The position numbers were made by a program, and so were the translations under genes. From Epiperipatus broadwayi (taxonomy: Eukaryota; Animalia; Onychophora), in NCBI GenBank assembly GCA_028023455.1, contig JAQFVV010000007.1:17918001-17982000 (forward strand): a DNA stretch of 64,000 nt, written 5' to 3'. The notes beneath the pieces are model-generated. The model was given only the letters and a program-made list of their open reading frames with translations. It was not told the DNA's origin and ran no database searches. Positions 50,836 to 64,000 of the stretch are shown piece after piece. The number at the start of each line of letters is the position of its first letter. Position 1 is the first letter of the stretch.

Positions 50836-53800
50836 ATTAAAAGGGATTTGAACACATACTTTCAAGCCTTTCAGCTACAAATTCCATCTTAAGTAACTGA
50901 TACACATAACCACATACATGTAAAAAAAGAAATATCCAATATACATATATTATGCTGAATCAGCACTCATCAGTTGGTCCAGATCATCATCTCCCACACA
51001 CATGTATATAATCGGTACTTGGTTTATGTTAAGATAGCAAATTTTTAAACTTTAATGGGATAGACTTCACTCTTTTTCACACTCCAACTTTTTAGTCATC
51101 AATATTATTGAAAATCTGATGATGGAAAGCTCAAAGTCCTTGTTGATGCCAATATTGTTGTCATATCCATGTTGACTTTTAAGTCAATCTGACCTCTCAT
51201 ATTGTAATGGGATGGGGTGGGATAAGAATTGGAATGAATGAACCTGGGGTGATGTAATATAATTTGTAATAGAGGGGGGGGTAAGAAATGGTCATAAATG
51301 AAATAAAGTTTGAACTGGGTGATGGAAAATCATCATCTTACCACAAGTTAAAAAAAATCAATAATTTGAAATATTACATATAAGTAAACTATATTTAAGG
51401 GGAGCATGAGATCAAAATCTCTGAGAGATCAGCCAGTCACTTCTTATGTAACTAAAATAACTATACATCAATCATATATCAACCAGCATTATCAAAAAGT
51501 AAATATCAGTAATACTCAAAAATAAACCATTCATTGTCATGAATGATCAACAACTAAAATATAATAAAATCAACAGTCCATCTTGTGGCTGGATTTGAAC
51601 AATAAAAAATATAAATTAACAATCAACCTTGTGACTGGATTGAAAATAGGTCTTCTGTAGACCAGGCTAACTATCAAGCCTTTGTCAGCTTGGGCAATTA
51701 TTTAAACATAACTTGGATGCACCATCTTAGTGCTCATCCATTAGAATGCACAATAATCAGAAAATCTAAACAATAATGCTGGGATATTAAAACATGTTGA
51801 TCATCATCAATGCTCAGGACACTTGTACTGGCCAACTATAAACTTAAATTTTTAATAAGACTAAACTAAAATTAAAGGTAGTGCATGGGCTTTAAAAAGT
51901 ATTCTCTTTTGCACCAACCAGGATGATTATTGATCATCTCTGCCCAAAAGCACTAAATACACATCCCCATTTATATATTCGTCCTATGCACAAATCTAAC
52001 TCAGAGAACACAAGCTCTATTACTGTATGTGACCAAGAGATGATGCAATATGATTTTAACAATTAAATACAAGTTTATTATTAACAAAAAAATAAATTAT
52101 ATTTAAGGTCTTACAGGATAAGGCTTCTGATTTTGAATAATATACAATATAAAAAAAATTATCATATTTGTGACTTACAAAATTACTATACAAAATTCAA
52201 ATTATTACATTGATTTACATAATTAATATACAAAATTTAAATTACTATATGATGGTTTATGTATAATACACACATATATATATATATGTGCACAGCTGCA
52301 TTTTACAATTACTGTACATGAATATATTTCAATTGACATTTAATAATAACAAAAAATGATTAAAATTTGCACATATGTCTATTTGACAAGCATTAACATA
52401 TATGTGCAAACATAAATATGCAGTACAATTGACTTATATTACAGTCGTCATATAAAATAATAAATACATAATTAAACCTTTCAGTTGTATATAAAAAAAT
52501 ACTACAAATGTTTAAAAATGTACATGTATGTGCGTGTGTGTGACATTCGCACATTGACATTACATCTTTTAACTTGCTACAATAATATTATATTTTTCAT
52601 AATTAATTCTATACTGAAAATATATAGAATCATGTTACTTAATTCTTTCATAACAGTTTAATATCTTTTTTTTTTAAAAAATGTAAATTCCTTGATCGGA
52701 TTATTGTTGATTGATTTCTATATATAAAAAATTCGTTTTTTCATCAGGTTACTCTTAACTAACGTTTTTAAATTTGAATTATAGAATTATCTATTCTTTA
52801 CTTTTTTGTAAACCTTTAAATCCAGGCAAAATCATTTATTTGTTTCACTTTCAAAATGTCTCTTTTCTTTTTAATAAACGACAGATAAAATCGTCTTATA
52901 GAATTAAAAAATACAAATTTCAAAATGACTTTCTGCTTGATTAGATAATGCAGATGAAGTAAACAAGGTGAGATGAAAAAGTAAATACATGAACTGCAGC
53001 ACCCCATGTCATGATAAGTAGACAGCCAAGCATGGACTACTGGTACACAATGCCCCATGAAGTTGCAAGAAAATACCTATCTTTAAGCACTACGTCTCTT
53101 GTACCTAAAGAGATCATTCATAATGAGTAGTAGCCAGAAAATATATTTGGCACTAAGCCAGCCCTGCTCATCTCTTATGAGTCTTAGAGGCTTATCCATG
53201 TGGTCTATTCATGAGACCTATAAACACTGCTGGACTTCTCTAGAAGCTTAATCATCTAGATCTGGATAGTGCTGAGCCTATACTTTGGAACATCATGAAC
53301 ACATTGCATCCAGGCAGCTCTGCTCAACTATACACCCTCCATAAACATGAAAAGTACACATTCATGCATCACTTTCTAAAGGTCATTTTACAATAAATTA
53401 TTTAAATTTTTGTTAAAAAGTCACTCACCATTTTATATATGTCTATCTGTACTTCTCTGCACATATCTGATGCAGCATACATGTAATTAATTATTCAGCA
53501 GGCTGGAGTTTCCTGTGCAAGCTGGAAGATTTTTTTTGGTGAGTTTGATTTTTGTTATTGTTTGTCATCATCATCAGAACAATATAGTCCAATCAATTGT
53601 CAGCATCAGGAAGAGGTACAAATCAGGTAATTTATTAGCAGGCCATGAGCTTCCTTCTGACCAGCATTGGTAATTTGTCTTCTAGAATATATTCAAGCAG
53701 CTAGTTGATCCATTTGAAGTGACCCTGGTCTCATGAATAAAAACTCTGCAGTAAACTATGGGATAGCTATTGGATTGGTACTCCCTTAGAACTTCATAGG

Positions 53801-55629
53801 AACTCTCTATAACTCTGCTAGCTATTCTGCTAACCACTCCTCTGAAAATTAAAGCCAAACTTTGCAGTTGGCCTAGTTGGCCACTGCTTAAAATATTAAA
53901 ACTAAACTCTTCTGGCCAACTCTTACAATACTGCAAGCAAAACTAATTGATATTTTTTTATTAATCTTTTTATAATCTTAGTTGGGTCAGGTGATAAAAA
54001 TACAGTATCTATTTTCAATCTGTCTAATCCTTTTGAAAACAGGCTGGAAATTTTTTATCAATGTGTGATTGGAAAAAGTTGATTTATATAAAAGAAAAAG
54101 TAGAAATGATGATGATCAGCATGTTTTAATATCCCAGCACTATTGTTTAGATTTTCTGATTATTGTGTATGCTAATGGATGAGCACTAAGTTGGTGCATC
54201 CAAGTTATGTTTAAATAATTGCCCAATCTGTCAAAGGCTCAATAGTTAGCCTGGTCTACAGAAGACCCATTTCCAATCCAGTCCTAAGGTTGACTGTTGA
54301 TTTATATTTTTTATTGTTCAAATCCAGCCACAAGATGGACTGTTGATTTTATTATATTTTAGTTGTTGATTATTCATGACAATGAATGGTTTATTTTGAG
54401 TATTACTGATATTTACATTTTGATAATGCTGTTTGATATATGATTGATGTTACATAAGGATTGATGTTACATAAGGAATGACTGGCTGATCACTCAATGA
54501 TCTTTCAGAGATTTTGATCTCATGTTACCCTTAAATATATTTTACTTATATATAATATTTCAAATTATTGTTTTTTTTAACCTGGGGTAAGATGATGATT
54601 TTCCATCACCCAGTTCAAACCTTATTTCATTTATGACCATTTTCTACCCCCCCCCATCCTGTTGCAAATTATATTCCATCACCCCAGGTTCACATCCACT
54701 TTATACCATTACAATATATGTAGAACCTTAATATATCTCCATTTAAATACACAAGTGGGATGGGCAGAATTCATGTTGAATGTGTAATTTTTAAATATAA
54801 GTATATTGAAATATACTGAAACTTAGATGTAATTAAAGGGGATTTGAAATACAGACTTTCAAGACTCCTTCAGCTATCCATTCCATTTTAAATAACTGAT
54901 ACACATGACCCCACACATGCAAAAAAGATAAACAATCTCCAATATAATTATTTCATGTTAAACCAGCATTTATATGTAAAAAAGATAAGTTATCTCCTTG
55001 AAATATGTATATTGGAGAGCATTTATTTTTTTCACATGTATGTGGTCATGTGGATCAATTGTTTAAGATGAAGTGCATAACTGAAGGGAATTTGAAAATC
55101 ACTATTCAAATCCCCTTTAATTACATTTAAGGTTCACTATATTTCAATGTACAGTATTTGTATTTAAATATTACAGATTCAGCCTGAATTCTGCCTATCC
55201 ATCTTTTGTTATACTTAAATTGACATATTAAGGTTCTATATATGGGGATCAGACTGACTTAAAGTCAATATGGGTATGACTACAATATTGGCATCAACAA
55301 AGGCTTTAACCATTTCTTCATCAGATTTTCAATAATATGGATAGCTGAAAAGTGAGAGTGGAGAAGAGTGAAGCCTGTCCATTAAATTTTGAAGATTTGC
55401 TATAGTGAGCACTGATTGTATATGTGTATGAGAGATGTTGATCTGAACCAACTGATGAGTGCTAGTTCAACATAAAATGTGTATATTGGAGATCATTTAC
55501 TTTTTTCACATGTGTATTGGTTATTTAAGATGAAGTGGATATCTGAAGGCAGCTTGAAAATCTGTGTTCAAATTCCCTTTAATTATATCTAAGGCTCAGT
55601 ATATTTCAATACACTTGTATTTAAATATT
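50836..55629. mobile_element. Palindromic subfamily-1 hammerhead array (minus dimer plus plus-strand dimer), interrupted by a TIR element
   Basis: Motifs at 50930-50986 (-), partial near 54937-54970 (-), partial near 54998-55020 (+) and 55439-55495 (+). Spacing is about 488 nt (net of the insertion) and 474 nt. Possible TSD atgaaatc at 50828 and 55630. Confidence 0.7.
51203..54713. mobile_element. Non-autonomous DNA transposon with 607-bp TIRs, TGT...ACA ends and a 4-bp ATAT TSD (Ginger-like)
   Basis: 51203-51809 is the reverse complement of 54107-54713. ATAT at 51199-51202 and 54714-54717. The interrupted repeat resumes in register on both sides. Confidence 0.8.
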
Positions 55630-57659
55630 ATGAAATCTTCCAGGGATTGCATTTTAAATGAATAATTGACCTTCATTAAAACAAATGCTCTTATCCCAGT
55701 GGCAGAATAGTAAGCACAAACACTAAAGGTTCTTAAATCAACCTACAAGAAAAGTTATATTAAACTACAATTCTCAACCTATCATTTGTGTATTAAAATG
55801 ACACAAGAAACATTATTGCATTTTTTCAGAAGTGTCATTATCTTAAAGTTTTGAACTTAAGCCAACTTTTTTGTTAAAGACATGTAGTCTTAAAAGAGGT
55901 GAATAATTGTATATCTTAATAAATTCAGTTATAAGTTAATTTAGATATAAGTGCTTTAAGTGCAATTTAAAAAAAGCTTGAAAAATGTTTATTGAGAAGT
56001 GAGATGTATGAACTCCCTCAGGGTAGGATTTTTATACACTTAATCTGCTAAGCATGATTTCACTAATAAGTTACATCATAATCAAAGAAATGCATCTGTG
56101 AAGTCTAAAAAAGGGGTGTGATATAAATGCTATGTAAATTGTATGAAATTATATGTAAATGAGTTGGATTTACATTACCCAATTTTTAGAGGGGGGGGCA
56201 GGATTATTGTTTGTCAATGGCATTGACATTATTTGCAATATGCCAGGCTTCTTATACTTTGTGCTTTGCATGACTGTGCTTATGATATCACTTATGAAAC
56301 ATTGAAAGCATGCTTAATGGATTATATTAAGTGTATAAAAAATCCTACTTTGAGTGAGTTTGTATACCTCACTTTCCAGTAAACAATTTTCAAGCTTTTC
56401 TTAACTCATGTCAAGTGCCTATACTTAATTACAAGCATATAAGGAAAGTTAAAATTCATCTTTGAATTATATTAATTGTATGTTGGACCTTTTGAAAAAA
56501 TGTTAGTTTATGCAAAATAAAGTATCACATGACATTTTTGCTTACTTTTTTATATAAATAGATGTAATTTTTAACTTTATTTGTGTGTCAATTGCATAAG
56601 TTTTGTATTAATCAATAATACAGAATGCAAAGTTAGGAAAATTCTATAAGAAATTTTGGTTATGTAGTAGTTATAGTAGTAGAAAAAGAATATAATGGAA
56701 AGCTATGATTAGTCATAGTCTGGAAGTGTTTTGGAAATAAAAGTTTTCTGCCAAAGAAAGTAAAAGGCAGCGTTATAAATTACCAAATACAAAAATGAAC
56801 TTGCATGTTACACATGTGACTGTATTAGTGGTAAATAGATTGGTTCATAGAGTCATTGCAAAATTTCTTTTCAGAGCACATTTTTTTCCTCTTGTTTTTT
56901 TCTTGGAATTAGAAGGGTCATATTGGATGTATGGAAGTAATATTTGTATATATTTAAACTTTAAAATTAACAGATTCAACACTGTAGCTAAGATGATTCA
57001 CTAAACAATCTGAAAGAGTTTTGCTAATAGTTTTTATATCCTGGTTCATCTTTTTTTAAAAAACCTTAGTCACACTTTTTAAAAGCATTTTACAAAGCAA
57101 CTATAAGAAGTATAAAATAATTGGCACTTCCTGTCTTATTTTTGGATCAATTTTGATTCTATTAGTATATTTGAATAAGTCACATTGATTATTAGATGAA
57201 ACAAACATAGCTTTGAAGCTTAAAACAGCAGTTATAACCTTTATTTTAGTGCTGAAAACTTCTCATTTCAATTTCAAATAAGGAAAACAATTAAAATGTC
57301 AGTAGGGATAACTGTTTCACTCAGCTTGATAATTTGGTGCTTGACCTTATAGATCATTGGATGTAAAATAAATATATAGTAAAACATGAGGCAATCTCAA
57401 CACAAAACTGGGTTGGGATAATCACATATGGCAATCAAGACTATCATTAGATTATTATCAGGTGTTATTAATTCATTTGTCATGCTTTTAACATTATTTG
57501 TTTTAGAGTCTTAAATCTATAGTTAATCATAAGCTAATGAATCACCCCTTGCATCATGTTTAGCAGGTAGCATATTTTTCTGTTAAGGTCTTTTTCATAA
57601 TTAATAAATAATTGAGTGATTTTCCTGCTCTAGAATTAGAAGTTTGAGCATTGGAATTT

Positions 57660-58545
57660 GGAAGATCTGAGATCATGATCTATGGACCTTGAGCTCCAGA
57701 GTCTGCCACTCTACCACTGCAGCAAAGCATGCTGGGAGCTCAGAAAGAGCATAGTAATTGAATGGTTTATTATTCAAGAGTTCATAAGAAGTTCAAGCAT
57801 CAGAAGTGACAGAGCTGGGCTGCACTTCATAGACCTTGAGCTCCAGAGCCTCTCATTATACCATTGTAGCAAAGCATGCTGGGAACTCAGAAAGAATATT
57901 TTAATTGAATGGTTTATTATTCAGGAGTTCAAAAATAGTTAAAGCATCAGAAGTGAAAGAGCTGTGCTGCAATCCATGGACCTTGAGCTCCAGAGTCTAC
58001 CATTCTACCACCACAGCAAAGCATGCTGAGAATTCAGATAGAATATAGTAATTAGATGGTTTATAATTCAGAAATTCAAGCATCAGAAGTGATAGAGATG
58101 TGCTGTTATCCATGGACCTTGACCTCCAGAGACTGCCATTTTGCCACTGCAGCAAAACATGCTGGGAATGCAGGAAGAATATTGTGATTGAATCATTTAT
58201 TATTCAAGAGTTTTTAAGGATTTCAAACATTAGAAGTGTCAGAACTGAGCTGTGATCCATGGACCTTGAGCTCCAGAGTCTGTCACTCTATCCTTCAGCA
58301 AAGCAAGCTGGGAAAGTTCAAGCATCAGAAGTGAAAGAGCTGAACTGTGATCCATGGTCTTTGAGCTCCAGAGTCAGTCACTCTACCATTGCAGCAATGC
58401 ATGCTGGGAAATCAGGAAGAATATTATAATTGATTCATTTATTATTCAAGAATTTGTAAGAGTTTCAAACATAAGAAGTGATAGAGCTGAAATACAATCC
58501 ATGGACGTTGAACTCGAGGGCCTGTCATACTATCAAAGCATTGCA
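57660..58545. repeat. Tandem array of a 147-bp unit (about 6 copies, two with deletions)
   Basis: The catggaccttgagctccagag anchor recurs near 57681, 57828, 57975, 58111, 58258, 58353 and 58500. Confidence 0.9.
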
Positions 58546-60699
58546 CTATGCAATTCTTGAATGACACTGAGGAACACAAATATGTTTTTATGTTTAGTCG
58601 GGAATTCAAATTTGTAAAAAAAAAAATAATATTAATTTTTAAAAATCTATGTATTTATTAAAATTTAATCCATCACTAGTTTAAAAAAATAGCTGTTGTA
58701 TTTTCTTTCAAGAGTGTTTCTTTTTACATTAAAGTAATAAAGTGATTCTATACTAGGGCTGTTATACAAAGTGACATTTTTCCATATTAGAAATGTATTG
58801 CTCTCTACACATAGTTTTCCAAATAAAAGACATCCAAATGAGAGTCCCATGACATGATAGCATCTGGTTTGTAATTTTTCAAAACATTTGTGCAGACATT
58901 GACTATCTTTTTCATCTGTAAGTCCAGAATAATGTTATCTGTGCTAGATAGATAAATGGCAGAATGTAAAATGTTGTTATTCTTCTGACTTCATGTAGAT
59001 TTCATTACACCATGAAAGCTATTAGTGTTTGCATTGCAGTTAAATCCATAAATACATTATAGTGAAATCATCTCAAATAAAATGCTGTCACAGAGAGTTT
59101 TGATCTCAGGAAAATTTTGAGATGTTGATGATTCTTGAATAAGTTTTTTTGATTGTAGCCATTATTGAATATCTGATAATCTCCTTTGAGAACAATATTA
59201 TAGAATGGATTAATTGTATTGGGTTTGTCTAATAGTTAAGAAGGACATAAATTGCCTTTCTTACCATGAAAAATCAGATGACTGTGAGTCCTGACAGCTG
59301 TTCCATTCCCATCTTGTTATCCTGATGGAAGAAGGGTGGGTTTAAAAATTGGTATGTGTGACTGATATTTTTAGCTTTCGATGTTTAATCTTCATCTTAA
59401 TACAATGTATCCAGGTGCAACATTTGATAATAGCAGTTGACACTGTGTTAGGGCGAGAATTGCTTAATATTTTTTAAGAGTTACTCCTTTGCATTATGCT
59501 AGTTATTGACCATAGCTAAGTAGGCGTAAATATTCAAATAATGATGGTATTTATATAATCCAGGTAAGAATTTTAATAAAATTATCTTTTTTTTTTTACT
59601 CAACAAGCAATTATAAATGAAATATATAAAGCAAAATATAATTACTTTTCTGATGTTTTAGATACATATTTTTAATACTGCACATTTATAAAATTATGCC
59701 AATACAGTGGTGTTTTTCAGTTAGACTCAAAGTTAACCCAAGTGAAAAATAATTAATTATAGCATGAAGAAATAATCTTGGCAGAACTTCATACTATATG
59801 CACATTGAAACTGGCTATTTCACAGAGGGCAATTCTAGAGTTCTTAACCACCTGGAGTGATTTTAATACCCATAGATATAATCGCACTGGGTATGACTGC
59901 CTTTTAAAAATATTAAAAATTACTGTATGTAACTTAAAATCACACATTCTGAAAATTCTTTATTAGAAAATTACAAATGAGAGATAAAAATTAATGTAGT
60001 AATTTCAATGCATATTTATTCCAAAATTTTTCCAAAAATACATTGTTACAGTAAAGAGATCTTAGGGGAGGGTGTGTGTGCTAAATTTTAATTATATTTG
60101 AGATACAGCATACAAAGTAAATACATATTTAAATATCCCATAGCTGTATTATTTCAGACAGACTCCCCCTTTAAATAATGAAAAGCTTGAATTTTGAAAT
60201 TCAAAATGAATGAAATAATATAGTTGTGGGGTAGTTAAAATATTTTATAGAGATTTCAACTAGCATTATGCATTGATTCTGTATTAAGTATATATATATA
60301 TGAATAATCCTGTATATAATCATACATGTACATGCAATGTATTCCAGTGTAAAAGTGACTGGTTATTTTTCCACATTTCCTGCAGAACCATCCCAGAATC
60401 AATACATGCATAATTGGTCCCATATAACTATTTATCATAAAAATTTCTAGGCATTAGTATGTCTGGATTATGAATATTGACATGATATCTATTTATATTA
60501 GTTAAAAGAAATTTGTAACCACTTTTTAGATTCTCTACATAATTTTTTATTTCTATATTTTATTTTGATGGAAGACATACTATTTATTTCCTGACAGACA
60601 TACACCATTAAGAAAAGACTTCTAGTAATTTTACTATTGGCTGCTATATATATCACTGTTATATATAGTTATTTTTTCAATAATCAACATAACAATCAT

Positions 60700-63600
60700 T
60701 AAGTGGTCAGTGGACACTCAATAACGATCTGAGAATAATAATGGACTGCTATATAACTTAGAGAATAAATTAAAGAAGGGGGGTGAGTGAATATATATAT
60801 ATAGATAAGAATAAAGATGTGATGATGAAGGCAGATATGAAAAGAAAGAATATGTTTTATATTTAAGGATGTAACTAAGATAAAAGATAGTGTGTGTAAA
60901 GATAGAATAATAGAGGATGTAAGAACAGAGAAGAATTTTTATCCAGAATGCATGGAAGTTATTAAATGAAAAAAATATTTAAAAGAAAAACTAAGGGAGT
61001 TAATATAAACCTTGATTTTATAATTATGAAAGGATATAGAGATATAAATAAATGTAGAGAATTGATTTTTTTTAATGAGAAAAATTAATTTGTTGGTAAA
61101 GGTCGAGAGATATTTGGATGGAAAGGAATTGCATTTTTAAAAATGTAAATGGAAAGAATTACATAGATGGAATAATGATAAAATAAGATGTAAGAATTAT
61201 TGTTAAAGAAGATATTTTAGAAAGAAATTAATTAGATTGAAATTAGTCAAAAATAAAAGGATGTGTGAGATAGTATATTTTGCTACTGAAATAAATGGGG
61301 GTGGGTGAAGGATTGGAGTGAGAGTATTTGGGAATGTAATGTAAAAGAATTTAGAAAGATGAAATGTTTAAATATGAATGGCACATTATTAAAGAAAATG
61401 TGTTAGAAAATTGGATTGAAAATTGCCAATTCAAATATATGATGGAGAATTTATTTGGTTGAGGCAAAATCTGAAATATACTATTAGTTATATGTTCATA
61501 GACTAAAAATCAAATGATCACTATCTCATTTGGTTGAGGCAAAATCTGTTTTGTTTTGAATAGTTATATGTTCATAGATAAAGAGAAATTATAAAAGATA
61601 TTTTAAATGTTTGATGAGAAAAAAAACATGTAATGATTATCTTAATTTCATGCTTGTAGAATTAGAAATATCTAAAAGGCTAAGTAATAAAAGTTGACAG
61701 GAGTACATAAAAAATAGGTAATGAAGTTAAACTGAGTAGATTTAATAGTATTTTGGCAACAATTATGAAAGATGGTGATTTTAAAGTTATGAAGAGTTAA
61801 TGGATATTGGTCAAGAAGGTGGCAAATTAATGTTAAAAACCATCAGGATTAATAAGAGAAAATAGAGGAATAAGATTTTAGACAATGTAAAATAAAAAAG
61901 GAAGACATATAGGCATTATAATTAACTGTCAAGAAGAAATTGAAACAAGAGAACATTATTTAAAAAAAAAGAAATAGATAGATTAGAATTAACATGAAAA
62001 TGGGCTAAATTTAACAATAAGTTAATAAAAGATTTTAACAATGTGGGTAGGAAGGATCTTAAAATGTCTTGAAAAGAAATGAAAAAGAAAAACAAGAGAG
62101 AAAAAAAAAGAATATTATATACTGAAAAAATACTTATTGAATTTGTAATGAAAATTTTAGTTAAGTTGGTAAATAAATATGAGCTTAATTTATGAAAATG
62201 ATAATGAAATGATAGATGCAGAATTGTATAGTGTAATGGGTTGTTTAAAACCAAAAGCAAGAAAATTAGAAAGTATGACAGTTGAAGTAGTAGTAGGTAT
62301 GGAAAAGTATGTAAAAGAAAAATTTAATAAAATTATAGTTAATAATAATATTCTAGATAAATGGAAGGCATGAAGATTATTAGATTTTAGATTGTTAAGT
62401 AGTTATATTCCTGTTATAACAACTTCCTTAGTCTATAAATTATTTATGCATAATTTAATGAATAGGGTTAAGATTTGTGTGAAAGAAAATATTTTGAGAG
62501 AAATCTAGAATGGATTTTATTTATAGGGAGACGGATAAAGCATGATTTATTATATCTTAGTTGGCTAAAAGATCTCATAAAGGAAACAAACCATTATTTA
62601 ATAATAAATAACATTTCTGTAGTGTAATTTTCATTACGCAACTCTAATCAATGCAGAGACTGTTTTCTATCCGTTTATGGAGAGATGTAAACATAAACAT
62701 ATGACCAAAGACGTGGAAAATATCTATGATTCCCAAGATGCACCTTTTGCGCTGAACCAACACTCATCAGTTAGCCCAGACCACAATCTCTTATAGATAT
62801 CTTTATTATTGTTCAGTATATATACGTATAGCAAATTATTACAGTTTAATTGATGTGTCAAATGTGCTGTCCTTACAACTTTGACATAAATCACTTAATG
62901 AAAGCATATTAATAACCTTTTATTTCAGTTTTAGATATAGAAAAGGTTTATGATAAGGCGGATAAAAATAGATTGTCGAAAAGCTTTGAAAATACGGAGT
63001 AGATTTAGAATTGTTAAGAATAATTAAGACACTTTTCAAGTAACTAAGGGATAAAATCCGTGGAAGTTAAATGTGGAATGGCTGTTGAAACCGGAATGTC
63101 CATTATCACATTCATTATTTATTTTGTTTATAAGAAAATTGGAGATTGGAAAAGAAAGATAAGAATGAGGTGGATATTTCTATAATTGGAACCAAAAGAT
63201 TATATAATGCATCAAATATTTTTTTTTGGATAATGTTATGGCATTTTTTGCATGCAGTCAAAGATATAGAATTAATATTAAAAAAATGTGGAGAGCCAGG
63301 AAAATGTTAAAATTAATTTTAGTAAAGAAAAATCTAAAATTTTAACATTTAATGGTAAGAGTAAAACTAAAAAAGAATGAAAAATGGTGAAATATTTGAC
63401 TTAAAGAAATGGATGGATAAAGTTATTTACCAACTTTGATAAATGGAAAAAAAGAAATTATACAGCTAATTGAAAATGTGAGGAGGAAAAGAATATGATT
63501 AATTAGAAATATAACATGTTTCTTGTAGATAAAAATGAGGCATGTAAATTTGGAAAAGAATGATGGGGCCACTTGTGTATTGGTCAGAGAAGTCAAAATT

Positions 63601-63900
63601 TTATAGGTATAATGCATCAAGTGATGAATAGAGGATAGCACATCTATTCAAGGTGAAATGTGGTGGATCTGTTTTTAATGAGGGAAATCCAAAGTAACTG
63701 TAAAGTGTTCCGAAAGTTTCAATACATGAATGAAAATTGATTTATAAAAATAGTGTTTAATTGGTTTATGTGGAAAAGACGACAAACACACAAATCAACA
63801 AAGATTTCATAATATGCAAAGGTAAAATGTAGACAATTTATTTCCAAATATTTATTTAAAAGATATGAAATAAAATATGTAGAGAATATATTACAGGTAT
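60700..63900 (+). mobile_element. Very old APE-RT LINE remnant
   Basis: Scattered motifs: KSNDHYLIW (APE SDH-like, near 61510), GF..GR (near 62515), LDIEKVYDK (near 62930) and KPECPLSHSLF (near 63090). Boundaries are approximate. Confidence 0.5.
62600..62925 (-). mobile_element. Subfamily-2 hammerhead monomer inserted into the old LINE
   Basis: Motif at 62727-62783 (-): ggtctgggctaa CTGATGA gtgttg gtt cagcgc AAAA ggtgcat c ttgggaatca. Flanks align with 10990-11310. Confidence 0.7.
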
Positions 63901-64000
63901 ATAATTATGAAAGAAAAAGAGTTTAGATAAAGGGAATAAAGTAGACTCCTATCTATTTCACTTTATTATTTAACATCCCCATTTCTGTATACAATTTGTG

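Noticed and set aside
57660-58545. CRISPR-like array
   Set aside because: Units are wholly homologous with no unique spacers, the context is eukaryotic and no cas genes are present.
57682-58560. Repetitive protein encoded by the 147-bp array
   Set aside because: In-frame stops (for example TGC TGA in unit 3) and non-triplet deletions break the frame.
60700-63900. Autonomous Penelope-like partner for the hammerhead repeats
   Set aside because: Residual motifs are APE- and LINE-RT-like; no GIY-YIG motif seen and the element is far too decayed.

Overview
AT-rich, strongly CpG-depleted eukaryotic (probably invertebrate metazoan) DNA made mostly of nested mobile elements. No host protein-coding gene can be called with confidence. 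(1) A young, nearly intact Ty3/Gypsy LTR retrotransposon on the minus strand (36289-44861) has 2.2-kb LTRs about 99% identical, an ATAT TSD, a tRNA-Lys-like PBS and a gag-pol broken by one extra base; it sits inside a TA-flanked MITE. (2) Decayed LINEs: four RTE-clade copies, two L1/Tx1-like fragments and one old APE-RT copy. (3) A 3.5-kb TGT...ACA element with 607-bp TIRs and an ATAT TSD (Ginger-like). (4) Two tRNA-Gly(TCC) pseudogenes, a 147-bp tandem array, several foldback elements and microsatellites. The most notable signal is a dispersed non-coding repeat family, in two subfamilies, carrying minimal type-I hammerhead ribozyme motifs (consensus TGATCT-GGA-CCAA CTGATGA GTGCTG GTT CAGCAC GAAA TACGTAT A/TTGG AGATCA). 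About 15 full motifs plus a few partial ones occur as tandem monomers of about 350 or 460-490 nt joined to inverted copies, and one insertion has a 13-bp TSD. This resembles a retrozyme or Penelope-like non-autonomous retroelement system. All alignments and counts were done by eye, so coordinates for decayed elements are approximate.
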